A program made the translations under genes and the position numbers. Under the pieces are notes generated by a model that was not told where the DNA came from, did no database searches, and saw only the letters and a list, made by a program, of their open reading frames with translations. A stretch of DNA of 64,000 nucleotides from Squalus acanthias (Eukaryota), in the NCBI GenBank assembly GCA_030390025.1, contig CM059453.1, positions 6,448,001-6,512,000 of the forward strand. Reading direction: 5' to 3'. Positions 46,531 through 59,830 of the stretch are shown one piece after another; within the stretch, counting starts at the first letter, position 1; each line of letters starts with the position of its first letter.

Positions 46531-47207
46531 GTCTGAAAATGAACCATTATTATTAATAGTCTTAATTCAGGAAAAGACTGGATCTAATGGGCAATAATTG
46601 CGCTTGGAGGTGTGCCACCAGAGTACGCCTCCGACGGGTGAAATAATTATGCACCTATCTGATGGTGGCGAGTCTGCGAAAACCTGCAGTCTGAGGATGC
46701 GATGCGGAGGGCAGTGCAATGCCCGAAAGATTCCAGGTCGCAGGCGGTGCGGAAGTTTACCAGGGCTCACGTGGGCCTGTTCCTCCAATCAAAAAGCAGA
46801 ATTCGATTTTAATCATTTCCGAATGGAATCTCGTGATGAGATGTAATAGAATCCTGAAATCTAATTTAATTACAATTTAGGGAATTGAACTGCGACTGTT
46901 GATAGCGTAAATGAGACAAGAGATGCACCGTGTGATGTGTGCATTGACACCAGCAATGGTTCCTGATGATTATCTCCAAATTGTATTCTCAGTGAAATCG
47001 AAAGAGTTGAAGACAGATCACATACCAGCCAAAATTATTCGCCAATGAATCAAATCTAGCAGTTTGTACCGTTTATAGTAGGGAAAAGGACAGCTAAATG
47101 TAGGTCATAGGCTGAAATCTAACGAAGAGATTCGAATGGCTTATGTGTACATTAACAGATACCCAACAATGACTTCGCGATTGGATTCTGATCTATAGCT
47201 TTGGTTG

Positions 47208-47782
47208 GTGTATATGTAGAATAACGGATACCCGGGAGTGAGTTACAGGCTGGAATCTAATCGAGTGGTTCGGGGCGGGTATACATAGATTAACAGATAC
47301 CTGGGAGTAAATTAAATTCTGTAATCTAATCGAGGAGTTCGTGGGAGGGCGGGGTTATATAAAGAATATCCGCTAACTGGGAGTGAGTTACAGATCGGAA
47401 TATAATCGAGGGGTGTCAGTGTGGTTTGTATATAGAATAACAGATACCCGGGAGTGAGTTACAGGTTGGAATCTAATCGAGGACTTCGGGGGAGGGTTTA
47501 TATATGGAATAACTGATAGCGGGGAATGAGTTACAGATTGTAATCTAATCGCGGTGTTCGGGTGATTTATATACAGAATAACATTATTGAGTGAATTACA
47601 GGATGGAATCTAATCTAGGCGTTCGGAGGAGGGTTTATATATCGAATAACATATACCCGCGAGTGTGTTACAGGCTGGTTTCTAATCGAGGAGCCGGGGG
47701 TTTATATAAAGAATAACGGATACTCGGGGAGTGAGTTAAAGATTCGAATATAATCAAGGGGTTCGGGTGGTTTATATATATA
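47208..47782. repeat. Minisatellite, unit about 68-70 bp, about 8 diverged copies
   Basis: Repeating tatatagaataacagatacccgggagtgagttacaggctggaatctaatcgaggggttcgggg. Confidence 0.92.
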
Positions 47783-48597
47783 AAGTGCTGCGCAACCAAT
47801 GGATTAACTATGGCCTAATTGCCTCACTGGTTTATATCAGAGCTAACACATGCGGTCTGAGGGTGAAGTCTGCTCCAGTGGTAAACAGTCCCATGTTGTA
47901 TTCGCAGGTCTGTGCGAGGCTGGCAGCGGCCGCACTATGAATGACATCGACGCTAAATGGAATGAAACAGCCAGTGAACCAATTGCTGATCGCTGCCGAG
48001 TGACCCCTTCCCACCTGGTCACCGGCCCGTATCTTGGCTGGGTAAGCCCAGGGTGAGGCACAACTGTGTGCACGGAACCCACTGGCTGCCAGAGCGCTTG
48101 AGTTAGCAATGTTCACTGGATCCAAGAGAACAATTGAAAGTACTATAACCGTGCGCTAGCCAGATTAGAAATTCATTGCGGGCGGCAGCGTAAAACTGGC
48201 ATTATCGCATCGCAGGGAATTAAATAGTAAGAGGGGCGTATGACAGGCGGCCGTTCTGTTTTACACTTCCGTCCAAGAACAATCCTACTCCAACGTGTTT
48301 TGAAACGGAAGGATACATTGGGAACTGACAAGAACCGTCAGTTAGTTGTAAATAGCATTAGATCTCCCGTCTACTGAATGTGTGCAACGGGATCAAATGC
48401 AGTGGACCCACCGCGCCACCTACTGGCCGTAGCCAGATACTGCACATTCATCCGAATTCGCCATAATAACTATATTTACATGTCGCTAAAACACAGCATG
48501 CAAAGGTAAGAGCGACCAGAGTGAGTCTCTCTATCACCGTATGTTGTGTTTCTTTACACTGATTGTGTTTAAATCGAAGCAGAAAACATTGGGATCA

Positions 48598-48805
48598 CTG
48601 TACCACGTGTTCAATGTGTATCTGTATCACGTGTCCCTGGTGTACCTGTGCCACGTGTTATTTGTGTATCTGTACTAGGTGTTCTTTGTTTATCCGTACC
48701 ACGTGTTCTTGGTGTATCTGCACCATGTTTTCTTTTTCTACCTGTACACCGTTTTATTTCTGTATCTGTACCACGTGTCCTCTTTTATAAGCACCACGTG
48801 TTGTT
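48598..48805. repeat. 24-bp minisatellite, about 8 copies, CACGTG-rich
   Basis: Unit approximately ctgtaccacgtgttcttggtgtat. Confidence 0.85.
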
Positions 48806-51800
48806 TCTGTTGCAAAGAGACGAGCGATTATGCAGCTATTAAATATACCTGAAAAGGACCAGAACGTCGAGAGGACGTTTCTCTGAATCTCAATATTTCA
48901 GTTTCTTTGTCTAAACGAACCAATTATAACAACGAAGAGATACGACACGTTTTTACATTCAAGACATTGGAAACGCTCGTTGTTCTTGCTTGCAGTATTT
49001 TCTCCAATATCCTCCACTTCCAAATTGAACGCTTGCTGGAGTTCGATTTCTCCAATCTCTCGCTTAAGCTGCTTTTTTTGCAGATCCCTCCCTTCACTAC
49101 GAGGTTTGTCCCGAGGCCCAATGCCCCGGAGTCTGCTTCTGTCCTCATATGATATCGAAAAGGTTACTTGCAGCACGGTTCGCTGAACAGCGATAAATAC
49201 TATGGAAGAAATGCCCCTCTCCAACCCGGGCTTCGAGTCCATTTGGATTCCCTCAGCCAAGATTGATCAATGAGCGACGTGATTACTTTCGGAACTGCAT
49301 TGCTCAACTGCATCGGTTCAAGCCATTGAGAGCAATTGTGCGATGCAACTCAATGCCATCCCCCGAATAAGCTAAAGCTGATTCATTACCTAAGGAGGAA
49401 GCGTCCGCGGACGAAGAAATGGGGAGGAACGGGACACCGTGCACTCTGATCGCCATAATGCTACATTTCCGACTGTCCAACTGATGGATACAGTGCAAGG
49501 GAAATCTGACGAAGACTTAACAGCCTTTTCATCGGATTAGACATGTTAAACACGCTGTACACTGATGGAAGTTTTGGGCAAATCGGTGCAGTGCAGACCC
49601 ATGTTGCGGCCTGTGAATACAATAACATTCAAGCTACTGCCTCTGTGTTGACTATTGCCTGTTATTGAATCACTCTGAGCTGCTTCCAACCATATTATGC
49701 AATGTATTAATAGACTATTAAACAGGAGAGCCAACCGGGTTATTAAAGCGCATTCACTGTAAGGATGATTCGTAAACATTTTTTGGGCAATTTGCAGGTC
49801 CACATAGTGGTTGTGGTATTGGAGTAGTAAACCAAAGGCCTGGACTGATGATCCGGAGACATGAGTTCAAATCCACCACGGCAGCTGGGGAATTTAAATT
49901 CAGTTCATTAAATAAATCTGGAATAGAAAGCCAGTATGAGTAATGCTGACCATGAAAATAACCGATTGTCGGAAAAACCCAACTGGTTCACTGATGTCCT
50001 TTAGGGAAGGAAATCTGCTGTCCTTCCCCGGTCTGGCCTACATGGGACACCCGAACCAGTGCAATGTGGTTAACTCTTAACTGCACTCTGAAATGGCCGA
50101 GCAAGCCAGTCAGTTAAGGGCAATTAACGATAGGCAATAAATGCTGGCCTTGACAGCGACGCCCACATCCCGTGAAGGAATAAACAAAAATATTGCACCT
50201 GTTCAAGAAGGCGGCTCAGCAACCCCTTCTCAAGGGAAACTAGGGGCGGGCAGTAAATGAGGGCTTTGCCAGCGTCGCCCACAGCTGAGAGCTATTTAAA
50301 AAAGGTCCCTGAATTTTCCCCAGGGCTATTTTCCAATTTTTCCCCCTTTTGAACATCTTGATTCTTCTTGAAATGTGATTCCCGCTGGTGGCTATCAAAT
50401 GATCAGATCTAAGCTTTCAATCCTTAAAGCGAATAGGGCAGGCTTTTTAACAGGAGCGGGACCCCTGACTGACCTTTAAGTGATTAGCTCAGTTGAGCAT
50501 GACAGCGGACAGACTAATTGCTGTATTGGTCCTTGGTTTTTCAGGCTGTTGGACAATCTACAATCGCAATGTAAATTGCAGTTTGTTGTAATTTCTCTGA
50601 TTCCTCCTGGAACCCGAGCTCTTGCTTATTCCATGTTCTGTCTGGATGAAGGTTTCGGAATCCAACAGCGCCACAGAATGGCAGGCCGACAGCATTACAT
50701 AGGCAATCTGCAACTGTATCATCAGACACATCTGAGTCCAACAGGGGCAGAAATCCCGCATCTTGCGCAGACAAACTGCTAGTCTACCTGACCCTCCTCA
50801 ACATAGACTGTTTAAGTATGTACAGGTGCGTTGACCGAAGCAGATGTGGCTGGAGAATGTGCTCTGCTTGATGCGATGCACTTGCTTCCTTTGTCCAATA
50901 GATGGCGTGCGCTGTGATCTGGTCGCTTTGCGCACATCCTGTCGATGGAAGAAACAGCGCCAAAGACCATTTGAATCAATTTGCATAGAAAGCACAGGAA
51001 GCTTCATTTAGCTGAGTGGAATCTTAACCGGAAAACGTAGTGAAGCTTGTAAAGTTCCTGTTGGAATGCCTGTTCCTATTAGCAATACATCCTGTGTGTA
51101 TTAGGTTGAATTATGTTAAAGGTTGGCGATTTACTCTAAGGTGACTCTTTGCTTCACTTCATGCTTATTATCTGGCTGCCTTTTGAACACAGTCATTTTA
51201 TGCCAATCAGCGTGCTTTTTTAATTTAACTGGCAAATAAGTTATTGTAAAAAAAATACAAAAGCAAATAATTGCAGATCCTGGAAATCTGAAATGAAAAC
51301 AGAAAATGCTCGAAATACTCAGCAGCTCAGGCAGCATCCGTGGAGAGAGAAACAGAGTTAACGTTTAAGGTCGGTGAATTTTCATGAGAACTGGAAGAGG
51401 TTAGAGATGTAACAGGTTTTGTGAAAGTGCAGAGGCAGGGAAAGGGGGAGGGGAGGAAAGAACAAGAGGGAAGTTCTGTGATAGGGTGGACGGCAGTGGA
51501 GATTAAATGACAAAAAGGATGATGGTGCGAGGTGAAAGCATATGGTATGGGACAAGTAAAGAAATAAAAGATGGGTTTAGAGGAGATGTAAATGGGAATT
51601 GCAGAATCATCAGCAACAGCTTCCGTCCGAAAAAAGGCGGGCAGAGGTTATGAACTGAAATTGTGGAATTCAGTGTTGAGTCTGGAAGGCTGTAAAGTGC
51701 CTAATCGAAAGATGAGGTTCTGTTCCTCGAGCTTTCATTGAGCTTCATTGGAACAGTGTAGGAGGCGGAGGACAGAGAGTTCAGAGTGGGAATGGGGAGC

Positions 51801-52309
51801 TGAATTAAAGTTTGTTACTTACTGTACAAACCGGTAGGGAATGCAGTGACAGTAATCCAGAGAACAAGAGTTCAAATCCAAACATGGCAGTTTGAGAATG
51901 TGAATGCAGGTTTTCCAAATCTGCACGTAAAAAAGCTGGAATCTCAGAGAGTGACCTTGTAGCTGGTGAATGCCACTCAGTCGAATCAAACTCAGTGCGG
52001 CCATGGATGAGAATGAAATACATTCTTTGCCACCGTATGTCTAGGTAGCGTATCGAAAAATATTCTAATCCTGAAGCTCAAGTTGAATTAATCGCAGAGC
52101 CGCCTCTTTATAATTCCGTCCTTTCAGAAGGATACCGATGGAATCAAAATAAATGGAAAGTTTAGCTGCTTTAGTGAAGGTATCTGGTGGAAGTTGACAG
52201 GAAGGTGAAGGTTTATTACACTGGGCTGGGAGAGTGTACAAATCTAAACCCACAACCGACAGAGAGAGTCAACGCTAACCGGCAGGGCTATTTAACAACA
52301 TAATAGGGA

Positions 52310-53170
52310 GGGAACTCTCAGAGACTTGAGCACAGAAATCTAGGCTGACACTCCAGTGCAGTACTGAGGGAGCGCCGCACTGTCGGAGGGGCAGCACTGA
52401 GGGAGCGCTGCACTGTCGGAGGGGCAGAACTGAGGGAGCGCTGCACTGTCGGAGGGGCAGTACTGAGGGACCGCCGCAATGTCGGTGGGGCTGTACTGAG
52501 TGAGCACTACACTGTCGGAGGGGCAGTACTGAAGGAGAGCCGCACTGTTGGAGGAGCTGTACTGAGGAATCGCCGCACTATTGGAGGGACACTAATGGGG
52601 TAGCGCTGCACTGTGGGAGGGTCAGTTCTGAGGGAGCGCTGCACTGTCGGCGTGGCAGTCCTGAGGGAGCGTGGCATTGTCGGAGCACTGTACTGAGGGA
52701 GCGCTACACTATTGGAGGATCAGTACTGAGGGCGTGCTGCATTGTCGCAGGGCCAATACTGAGGGAGCGCCGCGCTGATGGAGGGGCACTACTGAGGGAG
52801 CGCTGCACTGTCGGAGGGGCAGTACTGAGGGAGTGCTGCACTGTCGGAGGTGCCGTCTTTCGGATGAGACGTTAAAGCAAGGCCCGTCTTCCCTCACAGG
52901 TGGACGTAAAAGATCCCATTCCCACTATTTCGAAGAAGAGCAGGGGAATTATCCCAGGTGTCATGGAACAATATTTATCCCTCAATCAACATGACAAAAA
53001 CAGATGATCTGGTCATTATCAAATTGCTGTTTCTGGGAGCTTGCTGGGGGCAAATTCGCTGCCACGTTTCCTACATTACACCAGTGACCACACTTCAAAA
53101 GTACTTCATTGGCTGTAAAGCACTTTGGTTCGGCCTAATTGGCGCTATAGAAATGCAAGTTATTCTGTTC
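52310..53170 (+). mobile_element. DeuSINE copy with an internal 33-bp unit amplified about 15 times (52358-52850)
   Basis: gcagtactgagggagcgctgcactgtcggaggg repeats, then the normal SINE core and tail resume. Confidence 0.88.
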
Positions 53171-53494
53171 TTTTTGTTCCGAAATGAAATAATAATTCGA
53201 ACTGGGAAATAGTTATTTTATTATTAAAGCAGGTAAAAAAGTTTAAAATTACATTGACCATTCACGCTACCTTCCTGCACCGTTTCGGAAGTATGTTTGG
53301 AGTGGACAATCTTTGGGATTGTAAATCAAATCGTCTCACAAAGAGATTTTAAAATGTTAGCTATTACTCTCGGAATGATATCCATTATCACAGCACTTCC
53401 TGGAGTGCGAGTTTCTGTTCGAACTCATAAAAAACAATTGTGTGAAGATATTGACGATTTCCATCTGTCAGAATAGGGTGAATGCCGCTGATTT

Positions 53495-56400
53495 TCATTT
53501 GCTTTTAATTGCGGCTTATTCACAGGACTCCTCGTGCTGGAGATATCGCTCCTTCTTTCGAACATTTGAAACACTGATAGCTGCATACAGGACCTCTTCA
53601 CTTTGAGCTGACTGGTTTGATGGAGCCCCTCTCACACCAGTGTTTCTATACTTGTCTTGTCTCTGTAACAGAAAATAGTGCGTTAGATGTGGAGATACTG
53701 AACCGGGTGAGAGTGCGCTTACTGTATCAGAATAACCCGCTTTATTCCATCACTGCCACCATTCTAATTGTCCTATTCAGCTCCTTCTGCCTCCAAAAGG
53801 AAACCTTGGGCTTCCGCTGGCCCCGAGTACCGGCGCGCCAAGTGTATTGCCCCCTCTTCAACACTTAGCCGACTGATTTAGATAACGCCGCGAACGTTCA
53901 GAGGAGCGGTACCAAACAACATTTGAGACCGACCATTAATGTCCCTTTATACATTTAATAGGTTCACATAACACTTACATTGTACAGAAATCTGAGTGGA
54001 GCTGTTTGCGGTGCCCAGGTTGTTTTCAGCCACGCAACAATACACCCCCTCATCTTCAGAACTAATGCTGTGCAATATCGGCTTTAGTTCACCGGTGGAA
54101 GATCTGCTGATCTCTGTACCATCTCGGAGCAATGTTAAACTGACCGGCGGGTTCCCCATGGCCGTTCAGTATAATAATAATTAACTTCCTTCCACTGTTT
54201 CTACAGAGGAATTGACGCTTGGTTTCCACAGTGCATCTGAAACACGCAAGATCATTGGTGTTATAGGAAAATGTCGGAGCAGAGGTTTAAAAAACCAATC
54301 CGGTTGATAACCAAAGAAGAATATTAAAGCAGATTTGGTGGTTATATTTTCAACTGTAAATTGAAAAGCCAGCTTGAGATTGTTGATGTTCCACCGACAA
54401 GCTTATTTAGATCTGAACCATGCTTTAACTCAACCTTTCCTCCTCTTCTCTTCAAAGAGTTGTCTTGACTGCCTGGACGTGGTTCTGCTCCACAGATACG
54501 TCAATCAAGCGGCCATTCCTCCCAGAGCAAGAACCGTGGGCACTCCCATCCTTTAAACAGAGCTGTTGAGGCCAATTCTAGTAACCCGACCACCGCCCCA
54601 GCCAACCTGACACAGACCCTCTGTTTCAGGTACTCTCTGTCTGCAACTCTATCAGGAATTAGGAGCCTTTGGAATAATATTTGACGTAAACGAAAACCAC
54701 GGAGCGACCAATATTACTCCATGGGTCTGTGTCAATGTTAAATAATACAACTTACAATAAATCTCATGTAGTCAATTTGATTCATTGATTATAGAAACAT
54801 AGGCCATTCAGCTCTTCCAGTCTGTTGCATTAATCAATTAGATCATGGTTAATCCACATCGTAACTCCGTCTACCCGCCTTTGGTTATTGTAACCCTTAA
54901 TACCATTACCTAAAAAAAAATCTATCCATCACAGTTTAGAAATTTTCAGTTTTCCAGGCCAGCTATCACTCCACTGAGAATAAAGACAACTTTGGATCCT
55001 ATTTACCAACAGGATGGTAGAATGAAGGGTACAGCAGTTACTTACATTCCAGTGTAAGTGTTTCTTGAACGGTACCCACACACCATCAACTAAAAGCTTA
55101 CATCCCAGCCTTTTCCCTTTATGGTCCAGTGATGGAGTGAAGGTGAAAGTTGATGAAACCGTCCAGGATCCCTCAAACCTTTCGCCATTGTGTCTTGAAC
55201 TTTTAGTCTCTTGCAGTGAAGGAAGTTTATCCTCGTCCTGAATCCACATCAGTTCAGGTTTGGCGGACGGGAAACTGGTGGTGACTGAGCAGATCAAATG
55301 TGCTGTTTGTCCAGCAATCAGTTCCCCAGAGACTGATAACCATGACTTATCTGTAAGGAGAGAAATAAATTCGCGTCACAGTGGCTTTCAATACAAAAAA
55401 AAGTGAAGTAAAAGACAAGGCGATTCAGCCCAACACCTGAGATAATATCTTGAATAAAACATATTTTTTTTTGCACTTGATCTCTTGTGACGGACACGGA
55501 CTCGATGGACCGAATGATCTCCTTCTGTGCCGTTATGACTCTATGTTGCAGGGAAAGGAGCCTATTGTCAGTTATTACTTAACAGTTACGGAATCAATCG
55601 GTTGATATATGTGTTCCTGAAACTAATTATCACCAACTATATAACATGAATTATTCATTGCTGGCCTGTTTCTGATAGTTCAGTCACCACTCTATTGCGC
55701 ACAAGTGTTTCAACTCAAAATTAGGTCAAACAAAACATAGAAAACTGTGTCCAAGATTATGTTCCATGTCTGCAGTTGGATAGAATCTTGGATACTCTTA
55801 GACTGATGGCTCAGTGTCACGTGAAACGCTTAATTTACCCTATGAGGCACAGAGGTGAATTTATCTCTTGCTTATAATTAATTTGACCTCATTTAAGGTC
55901 GTGATAGGAGCGCTGCAGATGGTCTTCAGGGAGAGGAAAAGGTTAACTATCCTCGTTTGTTCCCATTAACAACAGCGGGAAAGTGCAAAGATATCAGAAG
56001 AAAGCAAGACCCGGTTTGGGGTTCAAGCCCCACTTCAGAGACTAAAGCACAAGCTGTAGCCTGACACTCCATTGCAGTACTGATGCAATACTACAATGCT
56101 GGAGATGCCATCTTATGGATGAGACGTTAAACCGATGTCCCGTCTTCCCTCACAGGTGGATGTAAAGGATCCCAATGTATTATTTCAAATGTCCCGTGTC
56201 CTGGTTAACATTTTGCATCAACCGGCACCTAAAACAGATCATCTGGTCATTATTGTATTGCTGAGTTATACCTCCTATCCTTAAACCTTGTCACTTATTT
56301 CCCCATCAGAAGTATAAACCTTAACATTTTTTTTCCGAATCCACTAAGGATTGAATTTTGACCCGCCAATCTGTACATCTGAAAACAACATTTAGTGTTT

Positions 56401-59400
56401 CTCTTTCTATCTGAACATTACAGCGAGCTTCTGTAACTTCGTAAGAATGCCAGTGCCGAATATCTGCTCTGCTCAAAATATTACAATCAACTGGTCCAGA
56501 TGGGCTGCATTCTAGGTTGCTGAGGAAGCTAGGATGGATATAGAAGAAGCTCTGACCACAATCTTTCAATCCTCCATGGATATTGGAGTGGTACCAGAAG
56601 ACTAGAGGATTTCAAATGTTACACCGCTGTTCAAAAAAGTGGAGATGATGAACCTGGGAACTACAGCAAAATCAGTCTAACGACAGTGGTGGGAAAGCTA
56701 AATAAGTCCACTGTGAAAGACAAGATTAATTCTCACTTGGAGAAGCATTGGTTAATTAGGGACAGACTGCACGGCATAGTTAAAGACAAATCGTGATTGA
56801 CTAACCTGATTGAGTTATTTGATGAAGTATTGCTTGCGGGGAGGTTTTCTGGTACTGTTGGGCTGGTGGGGTGGGGGGGTTAAACTAACTTGGCAGGGGG
56901 ATGGGATATGGAGTAGAGCTACAGTAGGGGGTGATGCACAGCCAAATATAGAGGAAAAAACAGGTCAGCCTGGAAGGCAGAGCAAATATGTAACGGCACA
57001 AGAGTGTATGGCAAGGCTGGATGGCATTTATTTTAATGCAAGGAGTCTTGCGAGTAGGGCAAATGAATTGAAGTTGTTGATGAACACATGGGAGTATGAT
57101 ATTGTTCCTAACACAGAGACATGGTTGAGGGAGGGGCCGGACTGGCAGCTCAATATTCCAGGGTATAGAATCTTCAGGCGAGACAGAGGGGTGTGTAAAA
57201 GAGAAGGGGGGTGTCGCAATATTAATAAAGGAGTCAATTACTGCTGTAAGGATGATGATATCTTAGCAGTTTCCTGTAATGATGCCATATGGGTAGAACT
57301 TAAAAACAAAAAGGAGGCAAGCACTCTGCTGGGAGTATACTATAGGCCCCCAAACATTCAGGGGGAGATACAGGAATAGTTATGAAGGCAAATCTCAGAC
57401 AAGTGTAGAAATAATAGGGTAATAATAGGAGGGGATTTCAACTTCCCCAATATTAACTGGGATAGTCAGAGTGTGAAAGGCTTAGAGGGTGTGGAATTCT
57501 TAAAGTGCATCCAGGAGAGCTTTTTGAGCCAGCATGTGGAAAGTCCTACAAGAGAGTGGGCGGTACTGGACGTAATTCGAGGGAATGTAGCTGTGCAAGT
57601 GGTAGATGTGTCAGTCGGAGAGCATTTTGTTGACAGTGACCATAATTCGGTGAGATTTAAGGCAGTCATGGAAAAGGAAAAAAGATGGACCAGAATAAAG
57701 TTTCTAAATTGGGGGAAGGCCGATTTTAATATGATAAGGCAGGATCTGGCCAAAATGGACTTGCATCAGCTACTTGTAGGAAAATCCACATCAGAGCAAT
57801 GGGAGTCTTTCGGAAAGGAAATAGAGAGAGTACAACGCGAACATGTTCCCGTAAAGGTCAAGGGTGGGACCAAAAAGCCCAGGGAACCCTGGAGGTCACG
57901 GGATATACAAGAATGGATGAGGAAAAAAAGGGAGGCTTTTGGCAGATACAAAGAACTGAAAACAGTGGAAGCCCGCGAGGAGTGTAGAAAGTGCAGGGGG
58001 GTACTTAAAAAGAAATTAGGAGAGCGAAGAGGGGTAATGAAAAAACACTGGCGGGCAAAATATAGGAAAATCCAAGGTGTTTTATAAGTAAATTAAGGGC
58101 AAGAGGATAACCAGGGAAAGAGTAGGGCCCATTCGGGACCAAAGTGGAAATCTGTGTGTAGAGCCGAAAGATGTAGGTGAGGTTTAAAATGAATATTTTG
58201 CATCTGTATCTACAATGGAGAAGGGTGATGTAGGTATAGAAATCAGGCAGGGTAATTGTGATATCCTTGAAGAAATTAGTATTGAGAGGGAGGAGGTACT
58301 AGCGGTTTTAGCGGGCTTAAAAGTGGATAACTCCACAGGCCCTGACGGGATGTATCCCAGGCTGCTGTGTGAGGCAAGGGAGGAGATTGCAGTGGCTCTG
58401 ACACAAATTTACAGAACGTCTCTGGCCACAGGGGAGCTGCCAGAGGAATGGAGAACAGCTAACTTAGTACCATTGTTCAAGAAGGGTAGTAGGGATAAAA
58501 CAGGGAATTACAGGCCAGTGAGCCTAACATCAGTGGTAGGGAAGTTATTCAATAAAATTCTGAGGGACAGAATTAGTCTCCACTTGGAGAGGCAGGGATT
58601 AATCAGGGATAGTCAGCATGGCTTTGTCAGGGGGACATCATATCTGACCAATTTGATTGAATTTTTCGAGTGGGTGACGAGGTGTGTGGATGAGGGTAGT
58701 ACAGTTGATGTAGTCAACATGTACTTCAGTAAGGATTTTGACAAAGTCCCACATGGGAGACTGGTCAAGAAGGTAAGAGCCCATGGGATCCAGGGCAACT
58801 TGGCACATTAGATCGAAAATTGGCTTCGTGGTGGGCCGAATGGCCTCCTTCTGTGCTGTAAGATTCTATGATTCTATGATTCATTTCTATAACACACTCA
58901 TGGGTATCATGCAGTGAACCAGCCCTGCCGCTGTAGTCTGTGACTTGGGCCAAGAGTAACAGGAAATCTTTACACTTTAAGCTCAAGTTAAGTGGCACTG
59001 AGGAGATGGAAGATAAACTATAAAGGAACAATTCAAAAAACTTACATGAAATAGAAAGAGTGACCTTAGATCCGGAAGAATATCCTTCTATAGTATTCTG
59101 GGCGGTGATGATCTTCAATATGAAATAATAGTCACCTTGATCGCGCTTGCTGATGTCCTTTAACCGGAAGGAATATTGTTTCTTTACAAAATCGCCGGTG
59201 AACTAAGCTCGACCGCTATATTTCAAGGGCACGTTGTCTGAATCCCGGGAATCATAGATAATCGAGACCCCTGAGGTTCCATGATCAGGACCCCCCTTTA
59301 ACCACATACCCTCTGGACTGCGGCCATAGGCGGGATAATCAAATGTACACTGATCTCTGTACATGACCCGTTCACCCCGACACTTTCCACGGCACCTTCG

Positions 59401-59830
59401 CAGACCATCGTGAACTATGGACAACTGGTGAAAAAATAGAAATTATACACCCATTGAAATCCGCAATAATATCGCAATTTAAACATACCCTGACCGTCAA
59501 GTTAAATACTATGAATTTAACCTTTAAACACCCACTAACATATTCATTAGTACATCTAATGAAATTCGTGCAATTTTCTCCAAAACTCTTTAAATTCTAT
59601 TAAATATTCCATTGCAAGCCAATAAATCATAGCGTAATTTTCAAATCATTCCTATACAATACATAATAAATCTCCGAATAAAATTAAATACCCACTGTTT
59701 GAATGCACAAATCATTGACTTACCGTATGCTATGTCTAAAACATTGTTATTTTTTCTGACATAAATTATTAAAAATGAATATTTTACCTTCGCTAAATAT
59801 CAGAATGGAAATAAACCGAATACTCTTCAT
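53495..59830 (-). pseudogene. Siglec-like pseudogene: leader 59788..59830, V-set 59046..59424, Ig2 55046..55350, Ig3 53979..54236, terminal exon 53495..53662; Ig4, TM and first cytoplasmic exons absent
   Basis: Exon-by-exon homology with the + gene (43, 379 vs 381, 305 vs 312 and 258 nt). The V exon has two 1-nt deletions and a TAG (RA*F); Ig2 has a frameshift; Ig3 has TAA and TGA; the last exon has CE*AAI. Splice sites are still recognisable. Confidence 0.9.
56495..58880 (+). mobile_element. CR1 fragments in the pseudogene intron (older RT piece 56495-56830; ORF1-end/ORF2 piece 56830-58830; short 3' tail)
   Basis: IYFNARSL, ETWL, YYRPP and NYRPVSLTSVVGK motifs; closely similar to the reverse complement of 28940-30930. 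Confidence 0.9.

Noticed and set aside
47208-47782. Regularly spaced repeats as a CRISPR array (also 52358-52850 and 60668-61050)
   Set aside because: Whole units repeat with no unique spacers, there are no cas genes and the context is vertebrate; these are minisatellites.
48563-48790. Cys-rich, metallothionein-like 75-aa ORF
   Set aside because: Produced by the 24-bp TG-rich tandem repeat.
48898-49260. 120-aa minus-strand ORF as a protein-coding exon
   Set aside because: No recognisable domain and no supporting splice structure; overlapping ORFs in several frames are equally unconvincing.
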